Shown: positions 1-13,517 of the stretch, piece after piece | Layout: each line of letters begins with the position of its first letter | Numbering within the stretch: the first letter of the stretch is position 1 | Assembly: GCA_002269645.1 (NCBI GenBank) | Contig: NIVC01003919.1 | Span: 5,668 to 69,667, forward strand | Length of the DNA stretch: 64,000 nt | Origin: Macrostomum lignano | Taxonomy: Eukaryota | Direction of reading: 5' to 3' | Notes under the pieces: generated by a model | The model's input: only the letters and a program-made list of their open reading frames with translations | Database searches by the model: none | What the model was told of the DNA's origin: nothing | Program-made: the position numbers and the translations under genes

Positions 1-119
1 AAGAAAATCGGTGGAGCCATTTTTTCTTTAATCGATCACATAGATATCGACAAACCATTTTTAGTATATGGATTAACGGATTAGCTTGATTAACGGAACA
101 AATTCAAAATAATACGAGC

Positions 120-300
120 TAGTGGTTGGAGCGTCGGACTTACTACTCAAAGGTCGCACTCGGAACGATTTATGTCCTTCAGCAAGACGCTTAACTCTGC
201 ATTGATTCACTTCAACCAGCTGTAAAATGGGTACCAGGATTAACTAGGGTAATTAAGGGTGGGTATGGCTGAAAGGCGTATGCAGTTGTAAGGATTTAAA
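120..300 (+). mobile_element. tRNA/CORE-type SINE fragment (family 2)
   Basis: agtggttggagcg...aaaggtc...agcaagacgcttaactctgc...cagctgtaaaatgggtaccagg aligns by eye with the reverse complement of 40915-41047. Confidence 0.5.
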
Positions 301-1299
301 GTAAATAAAAGAAAGTGAAAGGAGATAGGCGGTATTTTTACATGTTCATCCGCCTCGCCGGACCAGTTGTAGCGGGTTTTTCAGTAATGAGGCGAGAGCA
401 AGGTGGTGTTTCAACTGGTTAATGGGTTTATGGAATAATGTTACTGGAATCTAGAAGAAGAAGATTCGTGAAGAGATTCCAGCTGAGCTGCTGTATATTT
501 ATAGTGTTGAGATGCTCTTCCGGAAAGTTCTAGAAATAATGCATTATAACAAAATGATTGTTAAGAAAATACTGCTAGTTATTTATCGCTAGTTTTACCC
601 ACAGACTGCGAATACTCGTTAATTATTAAATATATTGAAATGCAGTAAATGAGAAATTGTTTCAGACACAGAACTTTCTAGAAAACGTACGAATAGAAAT
701 TTCTCGAAGGTCACTACACAGTCTTTAGATGCGCTGCGCAATAGCTCGCACAAAAGCTGACATGTCAACTCAAGCCAGCTAAAGTCTGCGCGTGCCTGAC
801 AGCGTGAAAGTGTGCTCTATGGTTTGATAGTCATTTTAATCTGCAATAAATACTTACGGAACATAGCAACATTACCCTTTACCAAACGGTCGGAAGACTT
901 ATATCGTTTGCTCTCTGGTCGGAGCACGAAAAAACGACATTGGAGAGCCATTTTTATTCAGATTACGAAGTTTCCAGTTCACAATAACTAAAAAAATAGT
1001 AGCAACTAACTATCAGTAGGAAAAAAACAGACGAGCATAGAAGATAAAATCATTTGCCGGCTGAGCAAACAGACAAGTGGTCTGAGTCAATTCGAAAGGC
1101 CTTAAAACCGGGGCGGAGGAGACAGGTAGAGGTGCACGAAAAGGAAAAAAGCAGGGAGAACGCGCACCTGGGACAGGGCCCGAACGGATATTAAACAGCC
1201 TAAAGTCCCCCAAAAAGTGTCAAGCTTACGTCCAAAAACTTGATGGGCCAGTACCCACGATTTCAAACGACTTTATGATGCGAAATCTTGTTTGGGACG

Positions 1300-1467
1300 C
1301 CAGGAGTGGACCCAGAGGGGGCAGGGGCCATGACCCTCCCTCAGCCGTGGCCAAAATATCGGGCCTTACTTTTTTACCTGTAACTATGCATGTAGATTTT
1401 CCAATTTTTAGTTTTACTTGCGTGGCATAGCTTGCCCCTCTCAAATACATTCCGGCTCCATCCCTGG
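1300..1467. mobile_element. possible small MITE
   Basis: imperfect inverted termini ccaggagtggaccc / ggctccatccctgg with subterminal ggggcagggg / cttgcccc. Confidence 0.25.
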
Positions 1468-1618
1468 ATATCGATGTATCAACTGTAAGTTGAGTTCAAA
1501 GTGGTAAGCACAGTGGGTCACACGGGGTGTGTTTTATAACGCATCTAAAATTCAAACCGCTCACCAAGCAAGTCATGCGTAACACAAAAGTTGAATTGGC
1601 TTTTCACTTTGCTTGCAG

Positions 1619-1861
1619 CCTCCGCAGACATCGCTCTACCTTACTCGATGGCTCGAGCCAAGAGACGGATTAGCAGCATCGACCCGAGCAGCTACTCGTA
1701 TATCAACCTGAGGCCGAACGACGGCTACGTTGGTGCGATCAGCTCTAGCAGTAACTTCTACACGCCGCATCTGGACTTTACCAGGACTTATCACTACTGG
1801 ATGGTGGACCTGGGCATTGATACCGATATCAGATTCATCCGGGTCTACACTTATATTACAA
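1619..1861 (+). CDS. exon of F-type lectin/discoidin-like domain (phase 1-1)
   Basis: acceptor gcttgcag|, donor |gtacgt; encodes HYWMVDLGIDTDIRFIRVY, the W-x-VDL..I..IRV strand pattern of FTP/F5-8C folds. Confidence 0.6.
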
Positions 1862-1889
1862 GTACGTTATACTGACAGTAATATAAGGG

Positions 1890-1910
1890 GTGTGTGTGTG
1901 TGTGTGTGTG
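1890..1910. repeat. (GT)n microsatellite
   Basis: direct read. Confidence 0.95.
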
Positions 1911-4371
1911 TTTGTGCATTAGGCATTTCTTGGGACAAGCGTGTATAAACTGACCCGTGCTATTAGGACCAAAAATGTGTTGGGCCAGGCCCAATAAGTG
2001 CGTCCCGACACTTCCAAAAATGAATTCTATTGAAATGAAAAAATATTCATTGGAACCGTCTTTCGATTCTCCTTTCAAAAATCAATGTCATTTTTTCATA
2101 TTTTTAATCAAACACAAGGAATATAATGATTTGCAGTGTCCTAAGAAGTTTAAAAAATTATGCGAACTGATGGTCTGATCCAACAGAACAATTGGGTCTT
2201 AAATCGGAATTCTCGTTTTATTACAATATTTCTTACAATATCAAGAAAGTCTACTACAAGTAACAGATAGAGGTTCTCCACAGGGCTGCCAATCGACACT
2301 TGAAAGGATCCTGACATTTGGCATCGTGTTTACTATAAAATATGAAATAATTTAATAAAGATTTAGAATATTACAATCAAGCATACAAACCTTATAGATT
2401 TAGTATATTTAGATTTTTGCATAGAAACAGCTAGCATCTAAATTCATTAGCTTCCAATTTCACTTATACACGAAACATGGCAAATTAAGGTTACATCCGC
2501 CTGTGCCCTCGGCCATTTTAACTGAAATTCTCGTTTTCAGTCAGCTGCATTAATCTATTTGTCATATGTGAATGGGTATTAACTGACTCAAGTTAGTGAC
2601 TGGAGGCCATTAACGTAAAGTGACACTTTGAGTGAGGTAGTTTTCCGGTGGAAATTCTCACAGTCTTATGAAGCGCTTTTAGAGCAAAGAAATAAAGGGC
2701 AAAGAAAAACTTTGCATTTCCCGAGAAAACCGAGGACGAGTATTAGAGGGAAACGTTTAATCTCTAAGGCTTCAAATGACTTCCTTATTGGCCTGGGTTC
2801 GGGCAGCTATACTATGTAGCAAAATTTTTCCTAGAATTATGATAATTTTATCGTCTGGTATACTGAAAAGTACGGAGATACCAAGAAACTTAAGATGACT
2901 GCATGGACTGCTAGCACATGTTTGAGTGTCACTGTCACTGTAAAGTCGAAATCGATGACTAGTTGGCCCCTAACTACTAGGCCTTCCTGGAAAACAATTC
3001 TGCTTATCTTGGATCGTAAAGATAAACCCACGTACAGTGCAGAAGTGTTAGGACAAGCGTGTACAAGACCCAGGCAATCCCTTACCCAGGCCACGCGTAC
3101 ATTCCTATCGCGGCGGGGGGAAGCGGGGAGGAGAGGCGGGCGCAAGGGAGTCAGGATAAAGTTTACACTGAAGTTGAGGCCTACAAGAGGAAGAGCCAAT
3201 TCTAACGGAAAGGTACATGTAGAAGTTCCCTTTGACAAAAGGCGTACTGGCGGTACTGCATATGTTCAAACGAATATAATTCATTTACGAGACCTGCACT
3301 ACACAGACAAATTGTGCCACGTCACAAGAGTTTCCATGCATGACCTGGCATGAAAAGACTTGGCTAGGAACCATTACACATATGTAAGTAGAATTTAAAA
3401 TTCTTTTTAAAATTTTATGATTAAATAAAAACTTAACTGGAATTTACATATGTACTTTTCTAAAATTCCAGATACGTTGATATCGATAAGCTACCGTTTT
3501 CTTCTATAACAAACAGATTTGCCTTCATTGTCCAGTAAGTATTGTCTCGTACTCGTATATGTCGTATTTTTGTACGTTGAAAAAAATAATTAGCAGCCTA
3601 GTAATACTCTGAGCTCAGTGAAATATAAGAGAGGCGGCACGATCACCTTATTTATCAATTAATTTACAACAGCACTACACAGCACTCATAAGTAGGCAAA
3701 ATTTACACTTCTAGGAAGAACAAATTTTACTAAAAGTTTCAATCAAAACATTTAGGAAAGAAATCTCGCATAACACATCGCCCACAGTACTAGAGACTTG
3801 GAGAAATACCATGTGAGTTTGCTGGGCAACTAATATAATATATTACTGTTATAATTCGATAGTCAAATTATTTTTCTACTCAAAGCAGTATTATTACATA
3901 ACTAAAGAACAGTATAAAATGACAGCATTCTAGAACGAGAAACAAAGCTTACTGCAAAGGCAAACGCCGAAAGAAAAGCAGGGCAGAGTCAGCAACAAAA
4001 AAGAAGCTCATCTGATTGGGAAGATGGGCGGTCAGCAAAGAGATAGGATCTCAGAAAATTGCAACTCCCAGTAACTGAAACTTAATTGCAATAAGTGTTT
4101 TGTTTTCTAGGGCATTATTAAAACAAGCAAGCCTGCCTGCAGTCAGCTAAGGGCAAAGTAAGTTGCTGCGGCACTATCGAGAAAGTGAAATTTGTACTCC
4201 ATCTAACTGACACAAGCAGCACCGTTGGGACAAACTACGAGTATTTTAATTGTACAGTAAAATTTCATTGACAATGAAGCATTTATTAGAACAGCGACAT
4301 TTAAATCTGTTTTCAAACAAATCAAAAAGATTTCTCAATAAATGATTTTTCTTTTGTGCGCTCACGCACAG

Positions 4372-5068
4372 GTTCGTCCGCATTCAAACTCGCCGCTGCA
4401 TCCGTCATTTGGTTCACTTGCTGCTCACAAGCCGCAGCAGCAGCAGCAGCAGCAGCAGCCGCTATCCGTGCAGGCAGTCAGTCTATTTGTGAATTTTCTG
4501 GTCGATCTGAAGAAAACCCGTCCGGCACAGGATTAAAGAGAAAGAGACGATCTGTTTTGGGTGAGTATTATCTGCTGTAGAAGTATTGTACACCAGAGTA
4601 CTTGTGTTACTTGGTAGAGCACAATTCAAAAGCAATGCAACAATCTCAGTGGCATTGTTGGGACACAAGCTACAAACGCAATGAATAGTAAACACAGCCC
4701 AGCCTAGCTCAAGGCTAGTAATTTGTTGGGCATTTATTGGGACATTGCAGCCAGGCCTATTTTTTGAACAGCATTTGTTGGGTCGCACTTATTGGGACAA
4801 TACTGATTCTAATCGCGACTACTTCTGAGTTCTGACTTTTCAAAACAGACCCAGCATTAGTTGAACACGTTCTATTAAAGGGTTCCTTTATAGCCTATTA
4901 ATGATTACTAAGCAAGCCTATCTTAATTGATTTCTTTTCCTCGCAGATTCTGAAGTCAGCCACGCCAGCGACATGCCTAAGAGACAAGAATGCGCTTTAA
5001 CGATCAGCAGCGAGCATTCTGATCTCGCCGCTGCATCCGTCATTTGGTTCACTTGCTGCTCACAAGCC

Positions 5069-5101
<33 letters not shown>

Positions 5102-8100
5102 GCTATCCGTGCAGGCAGTCAGTCTATTTGTGAATTTTCTGGTGGATCTGAAGAAAACCCGTCCGGCACAGGATTAAAGAGAAAGAGACGATCTGTTTTG
5201 GGTGAGTATTATCTGCTGTAGAAGTATTGTACACCAGAGTACTTGTGTTACTTGGTAGAGCACAATTCAAAAGCAATGCAACAATCTCAGTGGCATTGTT
5301 GGGACACAAGCTACAAACGCAATGAATAGTAAACACAGCCCAGCCTAGCTCAAGGCTAGTAATTTGTTGGGCATTTATTGGGACATTGCAGCCAGGCCTA
5401 TTTTTTGAACAGCATTTGTTGGGTCGCACTTATTGGGACAATACTGATTCTAATCGCGACTACTTCTGAGTTCTGACTTTTCAAAACAGACCCAGCATTA
5501 GTTGAACACGTTCTATTAAAGGGTTCCTTTATAGCCTATTAATGATTACTAAGGCAAGCCTATCTTAATTGATTTCTTTTCCTCGCAGATTCTGAAGTCA
5601 GCCACGCCAGCGACATGCCTAAGAGACAAGAATGCGCTTTAACGATCAGCAGCGAGCATTCTGATCTCGCCGCTGCATCCGTCATTTGGTTCACTTGCTG
5701 CTCACAAGCCGCAGCAGCAGCAGCAGCAGCAGCAGCAGCCGCTATCCGTGCAGGCAGTCAGTCTATTTGTGAATTTTCTGGTGATCTGAAGAAAACCCGT
5801 CCGGCACAGGATTAAAGAGAAAGAGACGATCTGTTTTGGGTGAGTATTATCTGCTGTAGAAGTATTGTACACCAGAGTACTTGTGTTACTTGGTAGAGCA
5901 CAATTCAAAAGCAATGCAACAATCTCAGTGGCATTGTTGGGACACAAGCTACAAACGCAATGAATAGTAAACACAGCCCAGCCTAGCTCAAGGCTAGTAA
6001 TTTGTTGGGCATTTATTGGGACATTGCAGCCAGGCCTATTTTTTGAACAGCATTTGTTGGGTCGCACTTATTGGGACAATACTGATTCTAATCGCGACTA
6101 CTTCTGAGTTCTGACTTTTCAAAACAGACCCAGCATTAGTTGAACACGTTCTATTAAAGGGTTCCTTTATAGCCTATTAATGATTACTAAAGGCAAGCCT
6201 ATCTTAATTGATTTCTTTTCCTCGCAGATTCTGAAGTCAGCCACGCCAGCGACATGCCTAAGAGACAAGAATGCGCTTTAACGATCAGCAGCGAGCATTC
6301 TGATCTCGCCGCTGCATCCGTCATTTGGTTCACTTGCTGCTCACAAGCCGCAGCAGCAGCAGCCGCTATCCGTGCAGGCAGTCAGTCTCTTTGTGAATTT
6401 TCTGGTGGATCTGAAGAAAACCCGTCCGGCACAGGATTAAAGAGAAAGAGACGATCTGTTTTGGGTGAGTATTATCTGCTGTAGAAGTATTGTACACCAG
6501 AGTACTTGTGTTACTTGGTAGAGCACAATTCAAAAGCAATGCAACAATCTCAGTGGCATTGTTGGGACACAAGCTACAAACGCAATGAATAGTAAACACA
6601 GCCCAGCCTAGCTCAAGGCTAGTAATTTGTTGGGCATTTATTGGGACATTGCAGCCAGGCCTATTTTTTGAACAGCATTTGTTGGGTCGCACTTATTGGG
6701 ACAATACTGATTCTAATCGCGACTACTTCTGAGTTCTGACTTTTCAAAACAGACCCAGCATTAGTTGAACACGTTCTATTAAAGGGTTCCTTTATAGCCT
6801 ATTAATGATTACTAAAGGCAAGCCTATCTTAATTGATTTCTTTTCCTCGCAGATTCTGAAGTCAGCCACGCCAGCGACATGCCTAAGAGACAAGAATGCG
6901 CTTTAACGATCAGCAGCGAGCATTCTGATCTCGCCGCTGCATCCGTCATTTGGTTCACTTGCTGCTCACAAGCCGCAGCAGCAGCAGCAGCAGCAGCAGC
7001 AGCCGCTATCCGTGCAGGCAGTCAGTCTATTTGTGAATTTTCTGGTGGATCTGAAGAAAACCCGTCCGGCACAGGATTAAAGAGAAAGAGACGATCTGTT
7101 TTGGGTGAGTATTATCTGCTGTAGAAGTATTGTACACCAGAGTACTTGTGTTACTTGGTAGAGCACAATTCAAAAGCAATGCAACAATCTCAGTGGCATT
7201 GTTGGGACACAAGCTACAAACGCAATGAATAGTAAACACAGCCCAGCCTAGCTCAAGGCTAGTAATTTGTTGGGCATTTATTGGGACATTGCAGCCAGGC
7301 CTATTTTTTGAACAGCATTTGTTGGGTCGCACTTATTGGGACAATACTGATTCTAATCGCGACTACTTCTGAGTTCTGACTTTTCAAAACAGACCCAGCA
7401 TTAGTTGAACACGTTCTATTAAAGGGTTCCTTTATAGCCTATTAATGATTACTAAGGCAAGCCTATCTTAATTGATTTCTTTTCCTCGCAGATTCTGAAG
7501 TCAGCAACGCCAGCGACATGCCTAAGAGACAAGAATGCGCTTTAACGATCAGCAGCGAGCATTCTGATCTCGCCGCTGCATCCGTCATTTGGTTCACTTG
7601 CTGCTCACAAGCCGCAGCAGCAGCAGCAGCAGCAGCAGCAGCCGCTATCCGTGCAGGCAGTCAGTCTATTTGTGAATTTTCTGGTGGATCTGAAGAAAAC
7701 CCGTCCGGCACAGGATTAAAGAGAAAGAGACGATCTGTTTTGGGTGAGTATTATCTGCTGTAGAAGTATTGTACACCAGAGTACTTGTGTTACTTGGTAG
7801 AGCACAATTCAAAAGCAATGCAACAATCTCAGTGGCATTGTTGGGACACAAGCTACAAACGCAATGAATAGTAAACACAGCCCAGCCTAGCTCAAGGCTA
7901 GTAATTTGTTGGGCATTTATTGGGACATTGCAGCCAGGCCTATTTTTTGAACAGCATTTGTTGGGTCGCACTTATTGGGACAATACTGATTCTAATCGCG
8001 ACTACTTCTGAGTTCTGACTTTTCAAAACAGACCCAGCATTAGTTGAACACGTTCTATTAAAGGGTTCCTTTATAGCCTATTAATGATTACTAAAGGCAA

Positions 8101-9528
8101 GCCTATCTTAATTGATTTCTTTTCCTCGCAGATTCTGAAGTCAGCAACGCCAGCGACATGCCTAAGAGACAAGAATGCGCTTTAACGATCAGCAGCGAGC
8201 ATTCTGATCTCGCCGCTGCATCCGTCATTTGGTTCACTTGCTGCTCACAAGCCGCAGCAGCAGCAGCGCAGCAGCAGCCGCTATCCGTGCAGGCAGTCAG
8301 TCTATTTGTGAATTTTCTGGTGGATCTGAAGAAAACCCGTCCGGCACAGGATTAAAGAGAAAGAGACGATCTGTTTTGGGTGAGTATTATCTGCTGTAGA
8401 AGTATTGTACACCAGAGTACTTGTGTTACTTGGTAGAGCACAATTCAAAAGCAATGCAACAATCTCAGTGGCATTGTTGGGACACAAGCTACAAACGCAA
8501 TGAATAGTAAACACAGCCCAGCCTAGCTCAAGGCTAGTAATTTGTTGGGCATTTATTGGGACATTGCAGCCAGGCCTATTTTTTGAACAGCATTTGTTGG
8601 GTCGCACTTATTGGGACAATACTGATTCTAATCGCGACTACTTCTGAGTTCTGACTTTTCAAAACAGACCCAGCATTAGTTGAACACGTTCTATTAAAGG
8701 GTTCCTTTATAGCCTATTAATGATTACTAAAGGCAAGCCTATCTTAATTGATTTCTTTTCCTCGCAGATTCTGAAGTCAGCAACGCCAGCGACATGCCTA
8801 AGAGACAAGAATGCGCTTTAACGATCAGCAGCGAGCATTCTGATCTCGCCGCTGCATCCGTCATTTGGTTCACTTGCTGCTCACAAGCCGCAGCAGCAGC
8901 AGCAGCAGCAGCAGCAGCCGCTATCCGTGCAGGCAGTCAGTCTATTTGTGAATTTTCTGGTGGATCTGAAGAAAACCCGTCCGGCACAGGATTAAAGAGA
9001 AAGAGACGATCTGTTTTGGGTGAGTATTATCTGCTGTAGAAGTATTGTACACCAGAGTACTTGTGTTACTTGGTAGAGCACAATTCAAAAGCAATGCAAC
9101 AATCTCAGTGGCATTGTTGGGACACAAGCTACAAACGCAATGAATAGTAAACACAGCCCAGCCTAGCTCAAGGCTAGTAATTTGTTGGGCATTTATTGGG
9201 ACATTGCAGCCAGGCCTATTTTTTGAACAGCATTTGTTGGGTCGCACTTATTGGGACAATACTGATTCTAATCGCGACTACTTCTGAGTTCTGACTTTTC
9301 AAAACAGACCCAGCATTAGTTGAACACGTTCTATTAAAGGGTTCCTTTATAGCCTATTAATGATTACTAAGGCAAGCCTATCTTAATTGATTTCTTTTCC
9401 TCGCAGATTCTGAAGTCAGCAACGCCAGCGACATGCCTAAGAGACAAGAATGCGCTTTAACGATCAGCAGCGAGCATTCTGATCTCGCCGCTGCATCCGT
9501 CATTTGGTTCACTTGCTGCTCACAAGCC

Positions 9529-9561
<33 letters not shown>

Positions 9562-10792
9562 GCTATCCGTGCAGGCAGTCAGTCTATTTGTGAATTTTCT
9601 GGTGATCTGAAGAAAACCCGTCCGGCACAGGATTAAAGAGAAAGAGACGATCTGTTTTGGGTGAGTATTATCTGCTGTAGAAGTATTGTACACCAGAGTA
9701 CTTGTGTTACTTGGTAGAGCACAATTCAAAAGCAATGCAACAATCTCAGTGGCATTGTTGGGACACAAGCTACAAACGCAATGAATAGTAAACACAGCCC
9801 AGCCTAGCTCAAGGCTAGTAATTTGTTGGGCATTTATTGGGACATTGCAGCCAGGCCTATTTTTTGAACAGCATTTGTTGGGTCGCACTTATTGGGACAA
9901 TACTGATTCTAATCGCGACTACTTCTGAGTTCTGACTTTTCAAAACAGACCCAGCATTAGTTGAACACGTTCTATTAAAGGGTTCCTTTATAGCCTATTA
10001 ATGATTACTAAGGCAAGCCTATCTTAATTGATTTCTTTTCCTCGCAGATTCTGAAGTCAGCCACGCCAGCGACATGCCTAAGAGACAAGAATGCGCTTTA
10101 ACGATCAGCAGCGAGCATTCTGATCTCGCCGCTGCATCCGTCATTTGGTTCACTTGCTGCTCACAAGCCGCAGCAGCAGCAGCCGCTATCCGTGCAGGCA
10201 GTCAGTCTATTTGTGAATTTTCTGGTCGATCTGAAGAAAACCCGTCCGGCACAGGATTAAAGAGAAAGAGACGATCTGTTTTGGGTGAGTATTATCTGCT
10301 GTAGAAGTATTGTACACCAGAGTACTTGTGTTACTTGGTAGAGCACAATTCAAAAGCAATGCAACAATCTCAGTGGCATTGTTGGGACACAAGCTACAAA
10401 CGCAATGAATAGTAAACACAGCCCAGCCTAGCTCAAGGCTAGTAATTTGTTGGGCATTTATTGGGACATTGCAGCCAGGCCTATTTTTGAACAGCATTTG
10501 TTGGGTCGCACTTATTGGGACAATACTGATTCTAATCGCGACTACTTCTGAGTTCTGACTTTTCAAAACAGACCCAGCATTAGTTGAACACGTTCTATTA
10601 AAGGGTTCCTTTATAGCCTATTAATGATTACTAAGGCAAGCCTATCTTAATTGATTTCTTTTCCTCGCAGATTCTGAAGTCAGCAACGCCAGCGACATGC
10701 CTAAGAGACAAGAATGCGCTTTAACGATCAGCAGCGAGCATTCTGATCTCGCCGCTGCATCCGTCATTTGGTTCACTTGCTGCTCACAAGCC

Positions 10793-10825
<33 letters not shown>

Positions 10826-12169
10826 GCTATCCGTGCAGGCAGTCAGTCTATTTGTGAATTTTCTGGTCGATCTGAAGAAAACCCGTCCGGCACAGGATTA
10901 AAGAGAAAGAGACGATCTGTTTTGGGTGAGTATTATCTGCTGTAGAAGTATTGTACACCAGAGTACTTGTGTTACTTGGTAGAGCACAATTCAAAAGCAA
11001 TGCAACAATCTCAGTGGCATTGTTGGGACACAAGCTACAAACGCAATGAATAGTAAACACAGCCCAGCCTAGCTCAAGGCTAGTAATTTGTTGGGCATTT
11101 ATTGGGACATTGCAGCCAGGCCTATTTTTTGAACAGCATTTGTTGGGTCGCACTTATTGGGACAATACTGATTCTAATCGCGACTACTTCTGAGTTCTGA
11201 CTTTTCAAAACAGACCCAGCATTAGTTGAACACGTTCTATTAAAGGGTTCCTTTATAGCCTATTAATGATTACTAAGGCAAGCCTATCTTAATTGATTTC
11301 TTTTCCTCGCAGATTCTGAAGTCAGCCACGCCAGCGACATGCCTAAGAGACAAGAATGCGCTTTAACGATCAGCAGCGAGCATTCTGATCTCGCCGCTGC
11401 ATCCGTCATTTGGTTCACTTGCTGCTCACAAGCCGCAGCAGCAGCAGCAGCAGCAGCAGCCGCTATCCGTGCAGGCAGTCAGTCTATTTGTGAATTTTCT
11501 GGTCGATCTGAAGAAAACCCGTCCGGCACAGGATTAAAGAGAAAGAGACGATCTGTTTTGGGTGAGTATTATCTGCTGTAGAAGTATTGTACACCAGAGT
11601 ACTTGTGTTACTTGGTAGAGCACAATTCAAAAGCAATGCAACAATCTCAGTGGCATTGTTGGGACACAAGCTACAAACGCAATGAATAGTAAACACAGCC
11701 CAGCCTAGCTCAAGGCTAGTAATTTGTTGGGCATTTATTGGGACATTGCAGCCAGGCCTATTTTTTGAACAGCATTTGTTGGGTCGCACTTATTGGGACA
11801 ATACTGATTCTAATCGCGACTACTTCTGAGTTCTGACTTTTCAAAACAGACCCAGCATTAGTTGAACACGTTCTATTAAAGGGTTCCTTTATAGCCTATT
11901 AATGATTACTAAGGCAAGCCTATCTTAATTGATTTCTTTTCCTCGCAGATTCTGAAGTCAGCAACGCCAGCGACATGCCTAAGAGACAAGAATGCGCTTT
12001 AACGATCAGCAGCGAGCATTCTGATCTCGCCGCTGCATCCGTCATTTGGTTCACTTGCTGCTCACAAGCCGCAGCAGCAGCAGCAGCAGCAGCAGCAGCC
12101 GCTATCCGTGCCGGCAGTCAGTTAATTGATGAGTTTTCTGGCGGAGCTGGTTATTTTTTAAGTTTCTGA
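4372..12169 (+). repeat. tandem array of ~623-642 bp units (12 full periods, 13 CAG-containing segments), each with a variable (CAG)n tract
   Basis: MPKRQ ORF starts recur at 4973, 5615, 6254, 6879, 7518, 8158, 8794, 9433, 10074, 10697, 11339, 11975; units near-identical. Confidence 0.98.
4947..5201 (+). other. representative repeated exon-like unit (255 bp, phase 1-1) encoding DSEVSHASDMPKRQ...poly-Ala...GLKRKRRSVL
   Basis: acceptor ttcttttcctcgcag|att and donor ttg g|gtgagt in every full internal unit; length is a multiple of 3. Confidence 0.5.
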
Positions 12170-12321
12170 ATCGAGAAGCCGATTAACTGTTGTGTGCTTC
12201 ACTGGAATATTATTCAGAGGACGCATTTTTTTGCAGTCTGTTTCTAATAAAATCCGGTGCAATGACCGCGGTAGAGCTCTAGCATTTGCTTTTTATAGTA
12301 TTTGTGTATATTCTTTTTCAA

Positions 12322-12468
12322 GCTATGCTGGAATTGTTGGGACAGCCCCATCCACACTGGCTATGGTGGAATTGTTGGGACAGCCCTATCCACACTGGCT
12401 ATGGTGGAATTGTTGGGACAGCCCTATCCACACTGGCTATGCTGGAATTGTTGGGACAGCCCCATACT
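12322..12468. repeat. 38-bp tandem repeat x~4
   Basis: unit gctatg(c/g)tggaattgttgggacagccc(c/t)atccacactg. Confidence 0.9.
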
Positions 12469-13239
12469 ATAGTGTGTGCTGGCTTCTGCTATAGTGTGGT
12501 TCATTTCCGCATCCTTTTACGTAGCATTCTGTGGGTCCGAATAGCTGACATGTACCTTTTGAGTAATTCTAGTGATTGTGTCATAATCAATAAAGTACAT
12601 TTTTATGAACAGTGGAGTTTCGCTACAGAATTGTTTTTTTCCCAGTGGCACTAAATGTAGCAAATTTTGTTTATTCAGATCGTAAAATTTTTTTGATATG
12701 TGTCAATGTCGTTTGTTTTCGATAACCTTAAAGTCCCTTGCCATTTACCATCCTGTCTTCTATAATCTATGATCGCTGAAATTATCCTGTGAAATTTGAC
12801 GCGCTGATATTATTGCCTTAAGTGGAATTCAGCAAGACACCAGGGTTTTTTAATTCTGTTTTAGACAAGTATACATGTACAATCTGTTGTGAGTTCAATG
12901 CACCTCGAAAAATGCTTTCCAACTGTTTTCAGTAAGCCAAAAGCATGTTGTCAATAAAAATCGATTTGGTGGGTTGAAAATTGCCCGTGTGGGGACGTGT
13001 GTGTGTGTGATTTTTCGTGTGTCGGAGCAGTCCCAATATGTGCAAGCTTTTGCACACTTGGCCAATAAGTGCCTCGTGCACGTTTGTGTGTGTGTGCACG
13101 TGTGTGTACAAAAGGGCCCTATCAGCACATGGGTTTTTTACAATTTAAGAGTGTAAAGGTATCCTGGCAAAGTGATTTAAAAACCGAATTTATTGTAGGT
13201 TTTTTGCTTCTGTAAATTGCTTTATGGCTTATTATTCGT

Positions 13240-13517
13240 AATCAAATCGAATCATATCGAATCAAATCGAATCATATCGAATCAAATCGAATCATATCGA
13301 ATCCAATCGAATCATATCGAATCAAATCGAATCATATCGAATCCAATCGAATCATATCGAATCAAATCGAATCATATCGAATCAAATCGAATCATATCGA
13401 ATCAAATCGAATCATATCGAATCAAATCGAATCATATCGAATCAAATCGAATCATATCGAATCAAATCGAATCATATCGAATCAAATCGAATCATATCGA
13501 ATCAAATTCGAATCATA
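13240..13517. repeat. 20-bp minisatellite built from ATCGA-like pentamers
   Basis: unit aatcaaatcgaatcatatcg x~13. Confidence 0.95.

Noticed and set aside
4483-11789. Recurrent 101-aa minus-strand ORF (MRPNKCCSKN...)
   Set aside because: Recurs only because the 640-bp unit is repeated; no domain similarity or minus-strand splice logic
4372-12169. Array as an SL RNA, snRNA, 5S or histone gene cluster, or as CRISPR
   Set aside because: No recognisable SL, U1/U2, 5S or histone sequence; aattttctgg is only loosely Sm-like; no unique spacers and the context is eukaryotic
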